Positions 12,391 through 26,708 are shown, counted from the stretch's first letter. The stretch is 64,000 bases of DNA from Chrysomallon squamiferum (GCA_012295275.1 CM022668.1:13888001-13952000); one strand, 5' to 3'. The notes: generated by a model not told the origin, from the letters alone. Translations and numbers: made by a program.

Positions 12391-12460
<70 letters not shown>
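12198..12460. repeat. (CT)n tract (12198-12276) followed by (GA)n tract (12385-12460)
   Basis: Seen directly; the tracts are mutually complementary. Confidence 0.95.
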
Positions 12461-12466
<6 letters not shown>

Positions 12467-14031
12467 AAGAGAGACAGAGAAAGAAAAATAGAGACAGAAA
12501 GAGATAGCAGATAGAAAGAGTGAGAGAGACAATATGACAGGGAAAGAGAGAAAATGTCCTTTTAATAGACATTTTTAGTATACGTTTCAAATGGTTGGAA
12601 GATTCTTTTCTTTGCATCAGTGTTTCATAATTTTTGAAAATATTATTTAAAAACCACACATTCTCTAAAACGTCATGAGGCTAAAAAAAAATTCTTCAAA
12701 TGAATTTTTTTTTTTTTTTTTTTTTTTTTACAAGATTCTCAGCATCTAATCAGCAATACATGCACATCAAACAATAAATAGCGAGACTTATTTTTATCCT
12801 CCAACATTTTGTGAACCGATCAGAAAATTAACTCAATTTATTTCAAACCTGACACATTCTTCATTTTTTTTTATCTCCATTCTAGAAACAAAAAAAAAAA
12901 AAATGATGCAATTTTTTTTTCTCCTTCTAATCGAAATCTCGAAGGAACGAAATGGGGCCCAGTTATCTTCAAATCTTTCATAATTATCTCATTTGTAATT
13001 CCTTGCTCATTTTCTCAGAACCAGTGCTACTTTAAATATTGTCTCAAATTTGTCTCTTGCGGTCTCTAACATTGATCCACTTGGCCCCAGAAAAGTTTTA
13101 GTGCCAGCCTATGGGATTAGTTCAAACAAATGGCCTCAACCAATCAAATTCATGTTAATGTATTGCAATTTGAGAAGCAGGAAAGTGACATTTATTGATG
13201 AAAGAAAGGTGAAAGTTCGCAGTTGCCCCGGTGACTCTTGGGTAATAATTTTTCTAGAACAAAGATCTGCAGCTCGACGTTTCTGAATTCATGAAAATTC
13301 ATCACTTTTGTAAATGTTTCTTAAATTTTTAATCTAACTCGTAATAATCTTAAAAGACATTTCTATTGTCTGTGACACTGACACGAAGACATTTTTTTTT
13401 TTACTGCAAAATTTTTTTTTCTCTTGTTTTATTAATAATTATTTCTGTTTGTTCTTTTCTTCTTTTATTCATTTTTTATTCTTTTTTTTTTTTTTTTATT
13501 TGTTTATTTTTATTTATCTGCATGTTCATTTATTTTTATTTATTTATTTGTTTATTTTTATTTATCTGCATGTTCATTTATTTCAGTATAGATATTATTT
13601 CATTTTCCATAGAAACATTTCAGAGTTATCTGCCCAAATATATTAACATCCAACAGCACATATTTTTTGTTCTAGTACTTTGCTTGCAATCACGAAAAGC
13701 TATTTTAACCCAAAAATGTCTGGATATTTGCCATTTTCATTACACAGATACATATACCAGGTATATGTGTGTGTATGATATACTGTTCATACCCCACACC
13801 CAAGTAATGGAGATAACACATACCAAATCGTGATTAATCAACCAACAGAATCACGTTTTTTCTCGGTACTATTTTCTAAACCACTACTGCTGTAAGTACT
13901 TAACATTATAGCAGAACCTATCTTGAAGCAACTTACCCTACTAAGTGTTGCCAGGATACTTTAAACAACAACAACAAAAAAAAAAAAAAAAGAACATAGA
14001 TAAAAAAAAAAAAAAAAATGATTTTCATGCT

Positions 14032-14290
14032 GTTACCATGGTAACTAAATCTGGACAGTATTGGCAGAGAATAAAAAATTAAAATAAAAATCATTGTTAT
14101 AAACATGTTGAACTGATATATAAAAATGTAATTAATATTGTGCTGTTGCCATGGTAACAAGTCCTGATGACTAAGTGATAAAGATATAAAACTAAAATTT
14201 AAAAAAAATAAAATAAAAAATGTTTTTTTATTGATGGTGCTGACCTAATGTGTTAAGTTGTAATTAACAGTGTACTGGTACCATGGCAAC
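14032..14290. promoter_or_regulatory. Cluster of three RFX X-box-like palindromes
   Basis: GTTACCATGGTAAC 14032-14045, GTTGCCATGGTAAC 14145-14158, GGTACCATGGCAAC 14277-14290. Confidence 0.45.
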
Positions 14291-14473
14291 AAAATTTAAA
14301 CAGTATCATAGGAAGCTGAAACTTGAAAATGTTGTTCCCATCTTAACACTGACAAGGCCAAAAGAAGAAAATCCAAAATGTTATGGAAATATGATGTACT
14401 AAAATACAACTGATCAGTTTAATTATTTATTTAATAAAAAAGAGAAATTTAATGGTTTTAATGAAAAGTTGAA

Positions 14474-14538
<65 letters not shown>

Positions 14539-14971
14539 TTAATTAATTAATTTAATTTTCTATTTCCATCATGATAAACTAATAAAGGATTTGAAGAAAA
14601 GTTGAAAATATAAAAAAAAAAAAAAAAAAAAAAAACAAGCAACAAAACAACAATATTAATTTAATTTTCTGTTTCCAGTAGCAATAACATAATCCTTAAG
14701 AGTGACATTTAAAATAAAAATGGCTTATTGGTTGAGACATTTATTAATTTTTTCCTTCTTCAGTTGAATGAGCTTAATTTAAACTGAGTTTAACACAGTT
14801 TTATGTAGCTTCATCCTTTCTGTTACTCAAGTGCATGAGTACTTTAGCCTGAAAATTGAAAATCAAATATTTTAAGCACGATTCTTTCTTCACTTTCATT
14901 CTGTTTGTTAATACCAGAGCAAGAAAGAAAATCAATAAAATAAAATAAAATAAAATAAATAAATATGTTAA

Positions 14972-15066
<95 letters not shown>

Positions 15067-15189
15067 ACAAATAAATAAATAAATATGTTAATAAAGAAAT
15101 AAATAAATAATTATATGGATTATAGAAAAATTCTTCTTCTTCTTTTTCTTTCATGTACTTAATATATATGTATCATGATTTTTGTTTTA

Positions 15190-15265
15190 TGTTCACTGAT
15201 TAGCATTGATCCTAGGCCTTACCATGCCACACACTGAAGCTTTAACCAGCTGAAGCTAAGTTCTC
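15190..15265 (-). mobile_element. tRNA-derived SINE head remnant
   Basis: Minus strand TAGCTTCAGCTGGTTAAAGC (A-box/D-arm like) ... AGGATCAATGC (degenerate B box). No complete cloverleaf. Confidence 0.55.
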
Positions 15266-15524
15266 AGAAAAACAGAGGAGGAAACAAAGAAAGAAACGTT
15301 TTGTGTGTGTATAACTCCTTAGAGACCATCGTCTTTTTAAAACTAGTCATTAGGTAATTGAGAAGAATTGATTTTATTTCTTATCATGCATCAGACAGAC
15401 AGACAGACAGACAGACAGAAAGGTTTGATATGTTAGAGAGTAACTGAGAAGAATTGATTCCTAATTTCATCTTGCCTGTGACCAAAGCTCATTTTATTAA
15501 GCTTTCTACAAGGCAGACAGAATA

Positions 15525-15862
15525 AGAAAGAAAGAAAGAAATGTTTCATATGTACACCTACTCATGAACAGTCAAAATATGCACAACAACCTTTCTTAAA
15601 GCAGTCATTAGGAAAGAAAGAAATGGTTCATTTGTACACCTACTCATGAACAGTAAAATATCCATAACAATCTTTCTTAAAGTAATCATTAGGAAAGAAA
15701 GAAATGGTTCATATATACACCTACTCATAAACAGTAAAAATATGTATTACAATCTGTCTTATATAAATCATTAGGAATGAAAGAAATTTTTCATGTTTAC
15801 CTACTCATAAACAGTAAAATTTGTATATCAGTCTTTCTTAAACCAGTCATTAGGTAATTGAG
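15525..15862. repeat. ~81 bp tandem repeat, about 4 copies, grading into degenerate units up to ~16440
   Basis: Unit GGAAAGAAAGAAATGGTTCATWTRTACACCTACTCATRAACAGTAAAA...TCTTAAAGTAATCATTA, with starts at 15611 and 15692. Confidence 0.9.
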
Positions 15863-17565
15863 AAGAATTGTCTCAGTTTTATTATGCTGCAAGACTATGC
15901 TTAAGGACAGTGAGACAAAATAAGAAAGGAATATTTAAAACAATGCACTCAGCTTTTTTAATCTACAGTTCTGTCATCTCATTAGCAGACAGACGGACAG
16001 TCAGACAGAAAATGAAAGAAAGATTTTATATATTCAAAACATTTTTGATCAACATCTCATTTCATTAAGAGCCAGTCAGAAAAGAAAGAGAAAGAAATTT
16101 TATGTAAAAATGAATTAATAACCTATAGTTGCATCTACTGTTATTAATAGACAGCAAGAAAGACAGACAAGCAGAAAAAGAGATTTTATGTGACAGACAG
16201 TCTGTTCAACACATTTTTAATCTACAGCTTTGTGTCCATTCATTAACAGACAGACAGACAGACAGACAGAAAAAGAAAGAAAGATTCTATATATTCAACG
16301 TATTTTTAATCTTCAGTTGTCTCCTATTATTAACAAGCAGAGAGAGAGACAGAGACAGAGACAGAGACAGAGACAGAGAAAAAGAAAGAAAGAAACATTT
16401 TGTCTATTCAACACAGTAACATAATGTCGTATGTTTAACACATATGAAAATAAAAAAAGAAATCTCTTTGCATCTAGCCACAAAATAACCAGTTCTATTT
16501 CTGAGTAGCAGCAAGAACTAAAAGATGAACAGAAGTTACATTTTGGCTTTTTCTAAGTATTAAAATTTATAAAATTCAAAACAAAAAAAAAAAAACATTT
16601 AGAAAGAAAAAGCAGAATCACATAATAAAAGAAAATGTTGCTCTGAATTACAAATCGGTTGCCTGTTGCAGTAATTTTAAAGTGATTTGAATTGAAGTCT
16701 GTTTTATTATGTATGCTGCATTCTACGACTTTTTAATGACATTGATTTTATTCTGTGTCTTTATGGAAGGTGTTTTTTTTTTTTTTTTTTTCTTTTCTTT
16801 TCCTTTTCTTTATTTAATTTTGTCAGGTTTTTGTGTTGTTGTTTTTCTTTGTTGTTTATTTTCTTGCTCTTGGTCTTTCTACATGTTTTTTTTGTTGTTT
16901 TTTTTAAATTTAATTTCTTTTTCTTTTCTTCTATTTTGTTAATGTGTAGCAGCTTGTCCAATGTGCATTTTAGAAAAAAAGATTCTTAAAAAAAAAAATA
17001 ATAATAAGAAAAAGGAAAGGAAATTTCAAAAAAATTCAAATACAATATATGTCGTTCCCTCTTTGTGTTTTCCTGTTTTTATTTTCATTGTGGTTTTTGC
17101 ATAGAAAGAAAGACAGACAGACAAACACACACACATTAATCACCACATACATTTTTTTTTTTTCTGTTTTCTTCAGATCCTAAAAAATCTCACTTCTGTA
17201 AGGATTTTAATATTTTTCTATTGATTTTATTTCCGTTTTCTTTATACAAGACAAATGAAGTAAAAAAAAAATCTATCCTTAAAAAAAAAAATTATCTTTT
17301 ATATTTTTTTGTACACTTCAGTTCAACTCACAGATGGTTTCAAAGTTACAGTTCCTTTTTATTACAAACATCCACACCTCAATAGAGATGTTGCCTGCAG
17401 CCATGTTGCATTTTAGCTAGTCATACAGAGAGACATTCATTTCAGTACATAGAGATGTGAATTAAAAAATAATATTTATAGATGAAGAATAAGATATATT
17501 TTGTTTGGTTTTTTTGTTGTTTTTTTAACAAGATTTTGTTATGGTTCCAGTTTTTTTAAAACAAT

Positions 17566-17626
<61 letters not shown>

Positions 17627-17695
17627 GAATACTCTGTCTATTGTTGTCTTTTACAGACAGACACACACACAAACACACACACAGGCACACACACT

Positions 17696-17764
<69 letters not shown>

Positions 17765-17994
17765 ACACAAACACCAGAATCACCATATTTTACTATTCCT
17801 CTAACACACAAATTCACTAAAGGTTAATCACAATATATTTATCTCACACCAGATCTCTGTATCAGAAAACAGAGGCTACAGTAAGTGATGGCTTAGCTCC
17901 ACGAACACTATCACATTCCTAACTCCGTCTGAACACACCAAATTAATTTATCATTAAATGTAAATGTATCAGTCCACTCAGGGAATTACACAGT

Positions 17995-18455
17995 GAACAG
18001 ACTGTAGCACAGTGGTTCAAGTACCAGCATGTGGTCTGATTCAGGATCAATTCTTACTAGTGTACTTATTTGGCCTTTTTCAAATTCCAAACAGTATTTG
18101 ACTGTATGTATTTTTTCATTGTGTTCATAGTGTGGGGATGTGTGTGTGTGTGTGTGTGTGCATATATTTTTGTGAGTATTCACATATGTGCATGTAAATG
18201 CTTGTGTTTGTGTGTGTTCATATATTTATCTATGTTTGCATGTGTAGGTTAATGTTTAAATATGCATGTGCATGTGTAGGTTTGAGTTTGTGTGATAATA
18301 TATATATATATATATATATAAATTAAACCTTCTGCATCAATTGGGGCTATTCACTTTTACCATTCCAGTCAACAATCAACAACTGTTTTATCAAATGATG
18401 TGATACGTGCTCTCCTGTTTATGGTCAGGCTCACACCTAATAAAACTTTCTGCTA
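17995..18455 (+). mobile_element. SINE head (17995-18105) and core (18340-18455) fragments
   Basis: TGTAGCACAGTGGTT (A box) ... AGGATCAATTC (B-box-like). The core cattccagtcaac...ttatcaaatgatgtgatacgtgctctcctgtttatgg resembles 19905, 51650 and 59858. Confidence 0.55.
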
Positions 18456-18971
18456 ATATGAGTCATCCACAGATATAACAAATATTTCATCATCCTCCCT
18501 ATGCCACTGAGTGCACATCTGGAAAACATGGCTAAACATGGAGAAAAGCAAGAGAAAAAAAAAAAACACCACAATCTTCTTAACAGATTTTAAGTCACGA
18601 TGTAATTTGTTCTCTGATAATGTCAGAAACAAAAACAATTTCTCAGCACCTGCTGCTGTGAAAATATCTGATGCAATTTAGGTATAAAGAATTTACAGGA
18701 ATAAGTCATCTTTTATTTTGTTTTTGCTACAGGTTAAGGATCTGTTATGCGAAATTGTGAAATCTGAAAAGTGCCGAAATTCAGAATATTTTATGAGAAG
18801 CAGAAATGATGATGTTTTAATTTTCATTAGTAATAAAATACACATGATTCTTGAAATTAATTTTAATATATTTTTGTATCATTTATTAAAACTTTGTTCA
18901 AGAGTAAAAAAAAATCTTTTTACATCATAATGCAAATTCTATTTGCAAAAATATCTTACGATGTTTAATTA

Positions 18972-19111
18972 TTTCTGTTTATTTCAAATGCTAAAATTTA
19001 ATACAAAAAGAATTATGTGTTTTCTTTGTAACAATATTCTTTTCTGTTTATTTCAAATGCTAAAATTTAATACAAAATGAATTATATGTTTTATTTGTAA
19101 CAATATTCTTT
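18972..19111. repeat. Recent tandem duplication, 69 bp x2
   Basis: tttctgtttatttcaaatgctaaaatttaatacaaaa...tttgtaacaatattct at 18972 and 19041. Confidence 0.92.
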
Positions 19112-19904
19112 TCACATCAATTTGCTGTAGTTTTATTTTTACTAAAACTTCTTTTAAAGTAAAAACAACAATAATAATAATCTTTCACAATCTCAAATCC
19201 AGCTGCTAAAATATCAAGTAGAATTTATTTTAGGACAAGAAAACTTGACAACAAAATCTTCTTCATTTTTCCTTCTTTTTTTTTTTAATCTTCTTAACCA
19301 GTGTTAAACACACTACAAATCTTGTTGACAATAAAAACCGAATCATTAATCTGCAAAGTGCTCTAGTTCTTGGATGATGGTTGTTGGTTTATGTCCCTTC
19401 CAGACATTTCATGCAGTTATTTTAGTGCAGGGTTCCTGGAGATCAATATAAACTGTGTCAGTTCCAGGTCGCACGATGTCATAGAAAATATTTGCTTGGT
19501 TAATAAAATAATAAAGATCTGTTTTCCCATTCCAAACTGTTTTCAGTAAAATGTTATTTTTGGGAAGATTTCATTTTTTATCAGAAGATGAAAAAAAAGA
19601 GAAATGGATTTTCAATATTTTAAATTACTTTAATCCAATTTAAAAAAAAGAAGAAGAAAAATAAATGAAGAAGAAAAGGGGATTTTCCTAATTCTAAATT
19701 ACTTTAATTCAATTAGATTATTAAAAGAAAGAAGAAGTGAAAGAAGAAGTGAAAGAAGAAGATTAAGAAGAAGAAAGAAAGAAAGAAACATTTTTCTAAA
19801 TATTAAATTAATTTTTCATTTGATAAAATTATTTTTAAAGAATAATCCGAAAAATGAGGGTTTTCTAAATTTTAAATTGATTTAAAACATAGAATTAGGT
19901 TATT

Positions 19905-19980
19905 TTTTTTCTCATTCCAACTGGAGCCCATCACAAATGTTTAACCTTTCAAAGATCCTGGTGTGTGATGTTCTGCTGCA
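19905..19980 (+). mobile_element. SINE core fragment
   Basis: ttctcattccaactggagcccatcacaaatg...tcaaagatcctggtgtgtgatgttctg matches the other core copies by eye. Confidence 0.4.
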
Positions 19981-20672
19981 AACTTGTAAGAGTACACCAC
20001 AGAAAAAAACATTAAAGACAAAGTCAAATATTGAAGAAAAGAAGGTAACAACAGAAGGAAAAATGGAATAACAAACGAAATAAGATTACAAGAAAGAAAG
20101 AAAGAAAGAATGAATGAAAAAATAAATGAAAAACTAAAAAAAGAAGCAAAGAAAATAAAAGAATAAAATAAAATAAAATTTAAATCAAAATGATAATAAA
20201 AAAAAAAAAAAATAAATCAGAAACAATCAGTCAGATTAAAAACAAAAATAAAAACAAAACAAAGATTTGGTTCATGATCAGCAGAAGTCATTTAGAGTTA
20301 TCTTTTCCTTGGCCCATTGATTACTATAATGTAAGACATAATAAGAAAATTCCTGATGAAGGCAGCAAACAATAACAAGGTTAACCCACACATGGATACC
20401 ATCAAAATCATGATTAACTTAGAGGTGCGATATGAGTAAAGGTCAGACATAAAACAGATCCTTACCCACATATTTGTTCTCCTTTGATATTCCGCAATTT
20501 ACATTTTCCACATCAGCAGAAATAGATCATACATGATGGCTTCCAAACAACAAGGTTTAGGATGAGATAGACAATTGTGAAAAAAAAAATATATATATTA
20601 TTATTAATATTATTATTAATATTATTATTCGTAATTTAAACTAATTTATAATTTTTCTTTCCTTCCTTTTTT

Positions 20673-20712
<40 letters not shown>

Positions 20713-21027
20713 ATTTCATTTTAATATTTTTAATTTTTCAAGTATATTTTCCTTTTAATATGTTATTCTTTTTATTAGGATTTTAAAATCTTTTTTTCTT
20801 TTCTTTTATACAGACTTGTGGTAACTGAGAAAGATGGTTTTCATTTACTAATAAACACATCTTTTTTGCCATAGTACAGATGTTTAGACTGTCAAACAAT
20901 ACATAATATGTTTGTGTCTTTCTGTCTGTTTGTCTGTAATAACTGTAAATATTCATGCAGCTATCTCTCCAGTTTAACACAGAAATAACACATTTAGTAA
21001 CGTCTGTTTTATTTCACATTTTATTTT

Positions 21028-21084
<57 letters not shown>

Positions 21085-22599
21085 TCTTCCTTTCTGAGTT
21101 GCGCTTTCAGTTGATCTTTTCCTGTATCTCTTTCTGTCTCGTCTGTCTGTCTGTCTGTCTCTCTGTTTCTCTCTCTTTTATTTGTCTTTTCTTCATTCTT
21201 GTATCTTTTTCTCACTCATCCTCATTCAGACAGTTACTTTCTTTCTTTCTTTCTATCAAAATTGCTTCTTTTACTTTTCCTTTCAGTCTCTCTCTCTCTT
21301 TCTCTCCCCCTCACATGTGCATGTCCTTTGTATCTAACAAGCTTATAATTACATCCATGTAAAAATCTTATAAACAAAACAATCGATAAATCTAATATTA
21401 ATAAATTTAGCAAATTACCTGCGTCTTTTAACCGACATGTACAAATCATGCCAGATTTATTTATCTACCTCATTATTTTCCACTTTAGCAAACAGAGCAA
21501 TATTAATAAACAAAAACCGGTGAGGAAGGTTAATAAAACATGAAACAGGTGACAACACCATTAAAGGAAATTTTTCCCTATTTTTAAAACATGCAGAGCC
21601 AGCTGTTGCCACAGTTTCGTATTCAGCGACAGATCGCCATAATTGTTTTTAAATTAACGAAGATGTTGGTTTATAGATTAACAATAAATTTCTTTTTGTT
21701 TTAGATAAATTGTTACAACGTGTTTTAAAAATGGATTTTGGAAAATGTATACCTCATCCCAACTCATTTTATGAAGTTGCTTAAGTTATAAATTATTATA
21801 ACATTCATAAAGTTACTAATGTAATTCATTTATTCATCTTTCCTAGTCTGTTATTCATCCAAACATCAACATACACATTCATCCATACTTCCACATACAA
21901 ATTCATCCACCTGTTAATCTATACTCTCTTCATGCACCCATTATTTTTCAATTTTTTATTTTTTTTTGCCTATTCACATCACCCATACAAATGCAAATTA
22001 CTGCACACAAACCTGACTTCAACCTTTCTCTCACATCAGCATAAACATAAACACCAACAATAATCATATAAACATAAAAATGAAACATGAATGCATCTTC
22101 CAAGCCCTTTTTCTTTTCTTTTCTTTTCTTTTTTAAAAAAACCAAGCCACCCACATAAAAGCTACTTAATATACAAAACAGTTTTCATAAATTCAGTCCA
22201 ACATCTTTTGGGTATAAACCTGAATACCTAAATACATTTTCTATGCCTTTATTTCATTTTTTATTATTACTGTTATTATTATTCATTCCAGCCACCTACA
22301 GAAGGCATTTAGTGCACAAGATAATTTTTCACTCAGAATTTCTAATGCAACAAGTGAAAAAAAAAACCTTAAAAAAAAAAACGTTTAAAAAAAACATGTA
22401 AAAAAAACCAACAACCTGATATGAATAAAACAATTCTGATGAAACTAGCAAACCTCACAATGCATGGGTTGAAGGAGTTCATTGTTTTCACAGGGGAAAA
22501 TACCAACAACCAGAAAGAAGAGATATTTCAGACATATTGTCTGCAAATGTTTTTATTTTCAACAAAAAACTGGAGCAGTTGTCTGGCTATTCATTCACA

Positions 22600-23520
22600 G
22601 AACCACATCAAACTAGGTAACCACAAAACACTGAAAATATTACCCAAACCTTTATGCCAAATATGGAAATGTAGACATCTATCATACATCCATCCATTCA
22701 TTCAGAAGAAATCAGGTCACAGTATTTGTAGATTTAGTACTTAAAATACCCAAATAAGCTAATCTATACATCCATCCATCTGTCCATTATTTATTCTGTC
22801 TGTCTATCCTGGTGAGACTACATCAAAACAAATGTAACTATAACAAAGTTAACTTATATTTAAATGCATCTATACATCTATCCATCCCTCCATCCTTCCA
22901 TCAGTCAATCTCTCTCTCCAGCTAATATTATGAATGTATAATCCATCAATCCATCTATCTATCTGTTTGTCTGTCAGTCTGTTTAACCAGATGAAATTTA
23001 GAGCACTACAGTATTTATGTATACTACTGAACTTAGAATATTTAGCTCAATCTACATTACATATCTACCTATGTCCACTCATCTATCTATCTGTCTGTTT
23101 TTCTGTCAGTGTATTTATTCGGATGAAATTTAGGTCACCATAATATTTGTATGTATCTAGTGAACTTAGAATGTTTATCTCAATTTAAATTACATAATCT
23201 ACATCCAACCATCATCCTAATGAAACTAATCACAATGTAAAATAAGAACATTGTCCATCCATCCTTCCATCCACTTGTCAATCTGTTTGTACATCCAGAT
23301 GAAACTAGGTCATGACATCTTCGTACACAACTGACACTATTCCAGACAAGCTATAATTAAATACTTCTACCATACGTTAGACACCTGTAACTAACCCCAT
23401 ACATACATCCATCAGTCTGTCACTGCACTGTCTGTACAAATGAAACCAGGTCAGATTACAAATGAATTTTTGCTACATATAAAAGTCTAATCCATTCTGT
23501 ATTCATCCATCATCCATGGA
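22600..23520. repeat. Old degenerate ~100-135 bp tandem array
   Basis: Recurring CATCCATCC...TCTGT...AGATGAAAYTAGGTCA blocks. The best pair starts at ~22987 and ~23120. Confidence 0.7.
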
Positions 23521-23549
23521 TCCACGTTTACTCATCAGTTTAATCAATC

Positions 23550-23668
23550 ATCTCTCTCTCTCTCTCTCTCTGTCTCTCTGTCTCTCTCTGTCTCTCTCTC
23601 TCTGTCTCTCTCTCTGTCTCTCTCTCTCTCTGTCTCTCTCTCCTCTCTGTCTCTCTCTCCTCTCTCTC

Positions 23669-23716
<48 letters not shown>
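23550..23716 (+). repeat. Interrupted (CT)n microsatellite
   Basis: Seen directly. Confidence 0.95.
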
Positions 23717-23718
<2 letters not shown>

Positions 23719-24618
23719 AATTCATCCTTTATTCATCATATATTTATCCATCTATCAATCCATCTGTTTCCATCCATCCCTCCAACCCTTCTGTCTTTCA
23801 ATATATTCTTTATTTTATCCATCTGTCTATCCTAGCCAGACAGACAGAAAGCCAGACAGCCAGACACCCAACCAATCACCAGTCTATTCAAATAAATCTA
23901 GGTCTAAATATTTATTTATAGTACCTGGGACACACAAGCATACCTTTGAGTACAAATAAACCTAACAAATTCATTTAACATCTGAAGCTTTAAGTCAGAT
24001 TTGTAGAAGAAAAAAGAAAAAAAAAAAAAAATGTCTGCTTAGGTGAAGTACTTCAAATGGGCTAGAACCAGGCTGGAATGGTTGTCATGGTTACTAGTAC
24101 AATGAACTAAAAATGTGTACTTGGAACCTTTAACCAATGTTTTTGCATTAAAAAAATGTTTCATTAACAGGAGGTAGGGACACCAGACTGAATACAAGTT
24201 AATATTTAGTTACTGTCAAGTTTAGATGGATCACTGATAATGAACTTCTCAAAATTTGGCATTTCTGTAATATTACAGTTCTTTTGTTTCATCCCTTTTT
24301 TACTTGAAAGTGGTTGCTAGGGGTTTTTTTTACTTGGTTTTCTTTGGGGTGGGGCTTGTTTTTCTTTCTCTTTCTTTTTTTTTTTCTTATTTAATTAATT
24401 TTATAAATATTTATTGATAATTATTTTTCTTTTGAAGGAAGAGGTTTTTTTGTTTCTTGGCATCTTTTTAAATTTTATTTTAAATTTATTTTATTTTTTC
24501 ATGGGCTGTTTATTATTTTTTTCTCTTTAATTGTTTAAAACCTTTGTCATTTTATTTTCATTGTTTTGTTATTGTTACTGTTTTTTTTGTGGTTTTTTGT
24601 TGTTCTGTATTATTATTA

Positions 24619-24654
<36 letters not shown>

Positions 24655-25279
24655 TTATTTTCGAAATACATTATGCACACTTAGTTAAAAAATTTTAAAA
24701 ATGTTTAATTTCATTTATCAATCTCATTTGAAATATTTCTTCTTACTGTATTTATTTTCTTGTTTCCTCATCATTTCTTGATAAACATTTTGTTTGTTTA
24801 TTTACTACAGTATTTTACATCCAGGACTTGCATGTATCACAGATCTGTTCCTCAAACTGTTTGTTTTTAATTCAGCACCTTGTCAACTGTCAAAATATTC
24901 CTTTCATTCTTTGATGCCCTTTGACTCCATTCAAGAACCAGGGGCATTAACTCTAAACGACTGTTTACTTAACAGTGACATCTACGGGTCAGAATGATAA
25001 CAGAATGGCATTAATGGAAGACTGCATTGTATAAAGAACAAAAGAATGGTTTTTTTTTTGTAGTTTTTTGTGTTTTTTTGTTAGTAATTAAAAATAAAAC
25101 AAATAATAAATGTACAGTGGTGAAAAAGTAAAAGAAAAATGTCCAAAGCATTGTTTCCATAATATGTATTTTTGTGTTTTTTTTTGTAGTTTTAAAGGTC
25201 TAGGATTTGACTGAGGAATGACAGGTTTCAAGATCAATCCCTGTTGCAGGTATTTGAATAAAGCTTTTTGTATCTCGAA

Positions 25280-25297
25280 TTATATTAATATTATTAA

Positions 25298-25357
<60 letters not shown>

Positions 25358-25412
25358 CATTATTATAATTATAATTATAATTATTATTATTGTAATTATT
25401 ATTATCAATATC

Positions 25413-25473
<61 letters not shown>

Positions 25474-25488
25474 CTATTATTATTATTT
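25280..25488 (+). repeat. (ATT)n/(ATCATT)n compound microsatellite
   Basis: Seen directly. Confidence 0.95.
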
Positions 25489-25859
25489 AACTTTTATTGT
25501 CATTATTTTCTTTCTTTCTGTCTTCCAGACAACAAAAAAACACTGATTAACTCTTACTTTTAATTACTCTTCAGGGAGGAAACTAAAAATGCCACAAAAA
25601 AAAAAAAAAAATAATAAAAAAATACAAAAATTCTAGTGTTCGTCTCAGACATGCTTGTCTTGTCACAGACAAATGTCTTATAAAACATTTATCTTTCGTT
25701 CTCGATAAGAAAATGTCAGATACTATTGTGTTTTTGCTAATTGTCTGGTCTGCCATGTGGGAAATTTTAACCAGGTGCCGTACAAATGTGTTGTTTGTCA
25801 AGGGGCTCACAAATTTTGCAATTAGTACAGATAACACACATGTTGCATGTATTAGAATA

Positions 25860-26400
25860 ATAAATATACTGAACAAAAAAATTTGGGGGTGGTGAGAGTG
25901 AGATATACTGAACAAAAAAGTTAAGAAAAGAGAATATTGATATTTGAATATAGATAATACATATTTATGATCATGTATTTAAATATGTAAATATACTGAA
26001 CAAAAAAGTTTAAGAAAATGAAATAATATCGGAATATAAATGGAACTCACAAATTTTAAACAGTATACATCATAAATATGTACATATATTATAGTTAGGT
26101 GTAATAAAAAATACTACTGACATATAAATACACAGAACAAAAAACAAATTGAGGAAACTAAAGTAATACTGATATGAGACTGGAAATTAAACAGTACAGA
26201 CAATATACAATTAGGCACATGAGATAGTGAAATCATATTTGAATATATTACATATGTGTGGTACATCAAATCAGACAGTTAATAAAAAAATTTCATTATA
26301 AGCCTGAGTACAAATTTGGGAGTAAAAATAAAAATATTGATATATACTGAACAAAACAAATTATGGAAATAATACAAAATAATATTGATAACTGAATATA
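25860..26400. repeat. Degenerate repeat with ATATACTGAACAAAA core
   Basis: Core at about 25865, 25903, 25991 and 26342, with a variant near 26128. Confidence 0.65.
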
Positions 26401-26708
26401 CAAAGGTCCAGCCAATCAAACTCTGAGATACAACTTTTACAAGAGTCCCAAAATAAAAAAAATATATATAAAATTTAGACCCACAGAAATAATAATTACT
26501 TACTGTCCACAGAGTTTGTCAACATTGAAGCTAACAGAAATGTTATCCAAACATCCATGATTTTATTTGCTTTCAGGCTGCATTATTTTCACGAAAATTC
26601 ATAAATACTGAACTGTGTTGGTTTAAGACATGTGTTGGTTTTAGCAGTCTGACTGTTCCTTTTTACAAAGGGGTTGGATTACTGAAGTTCCAGTTAGTTT
26701 ATGTTTAC

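Noticed and set aside
13937-13958. 22-nt microexon candidate with a GG|GTAAGT donor
   Set aside because: Frameshifting length, weak AAG acceptor and no coding signal.
21419-21449. Phase-1 first-exon candidate MICTCRLKDA-G|GTAATT
   Set aside because: The phase fits, but it gives no signal peptide for an extracellular LDLa protein and is short enough to occur by chance.
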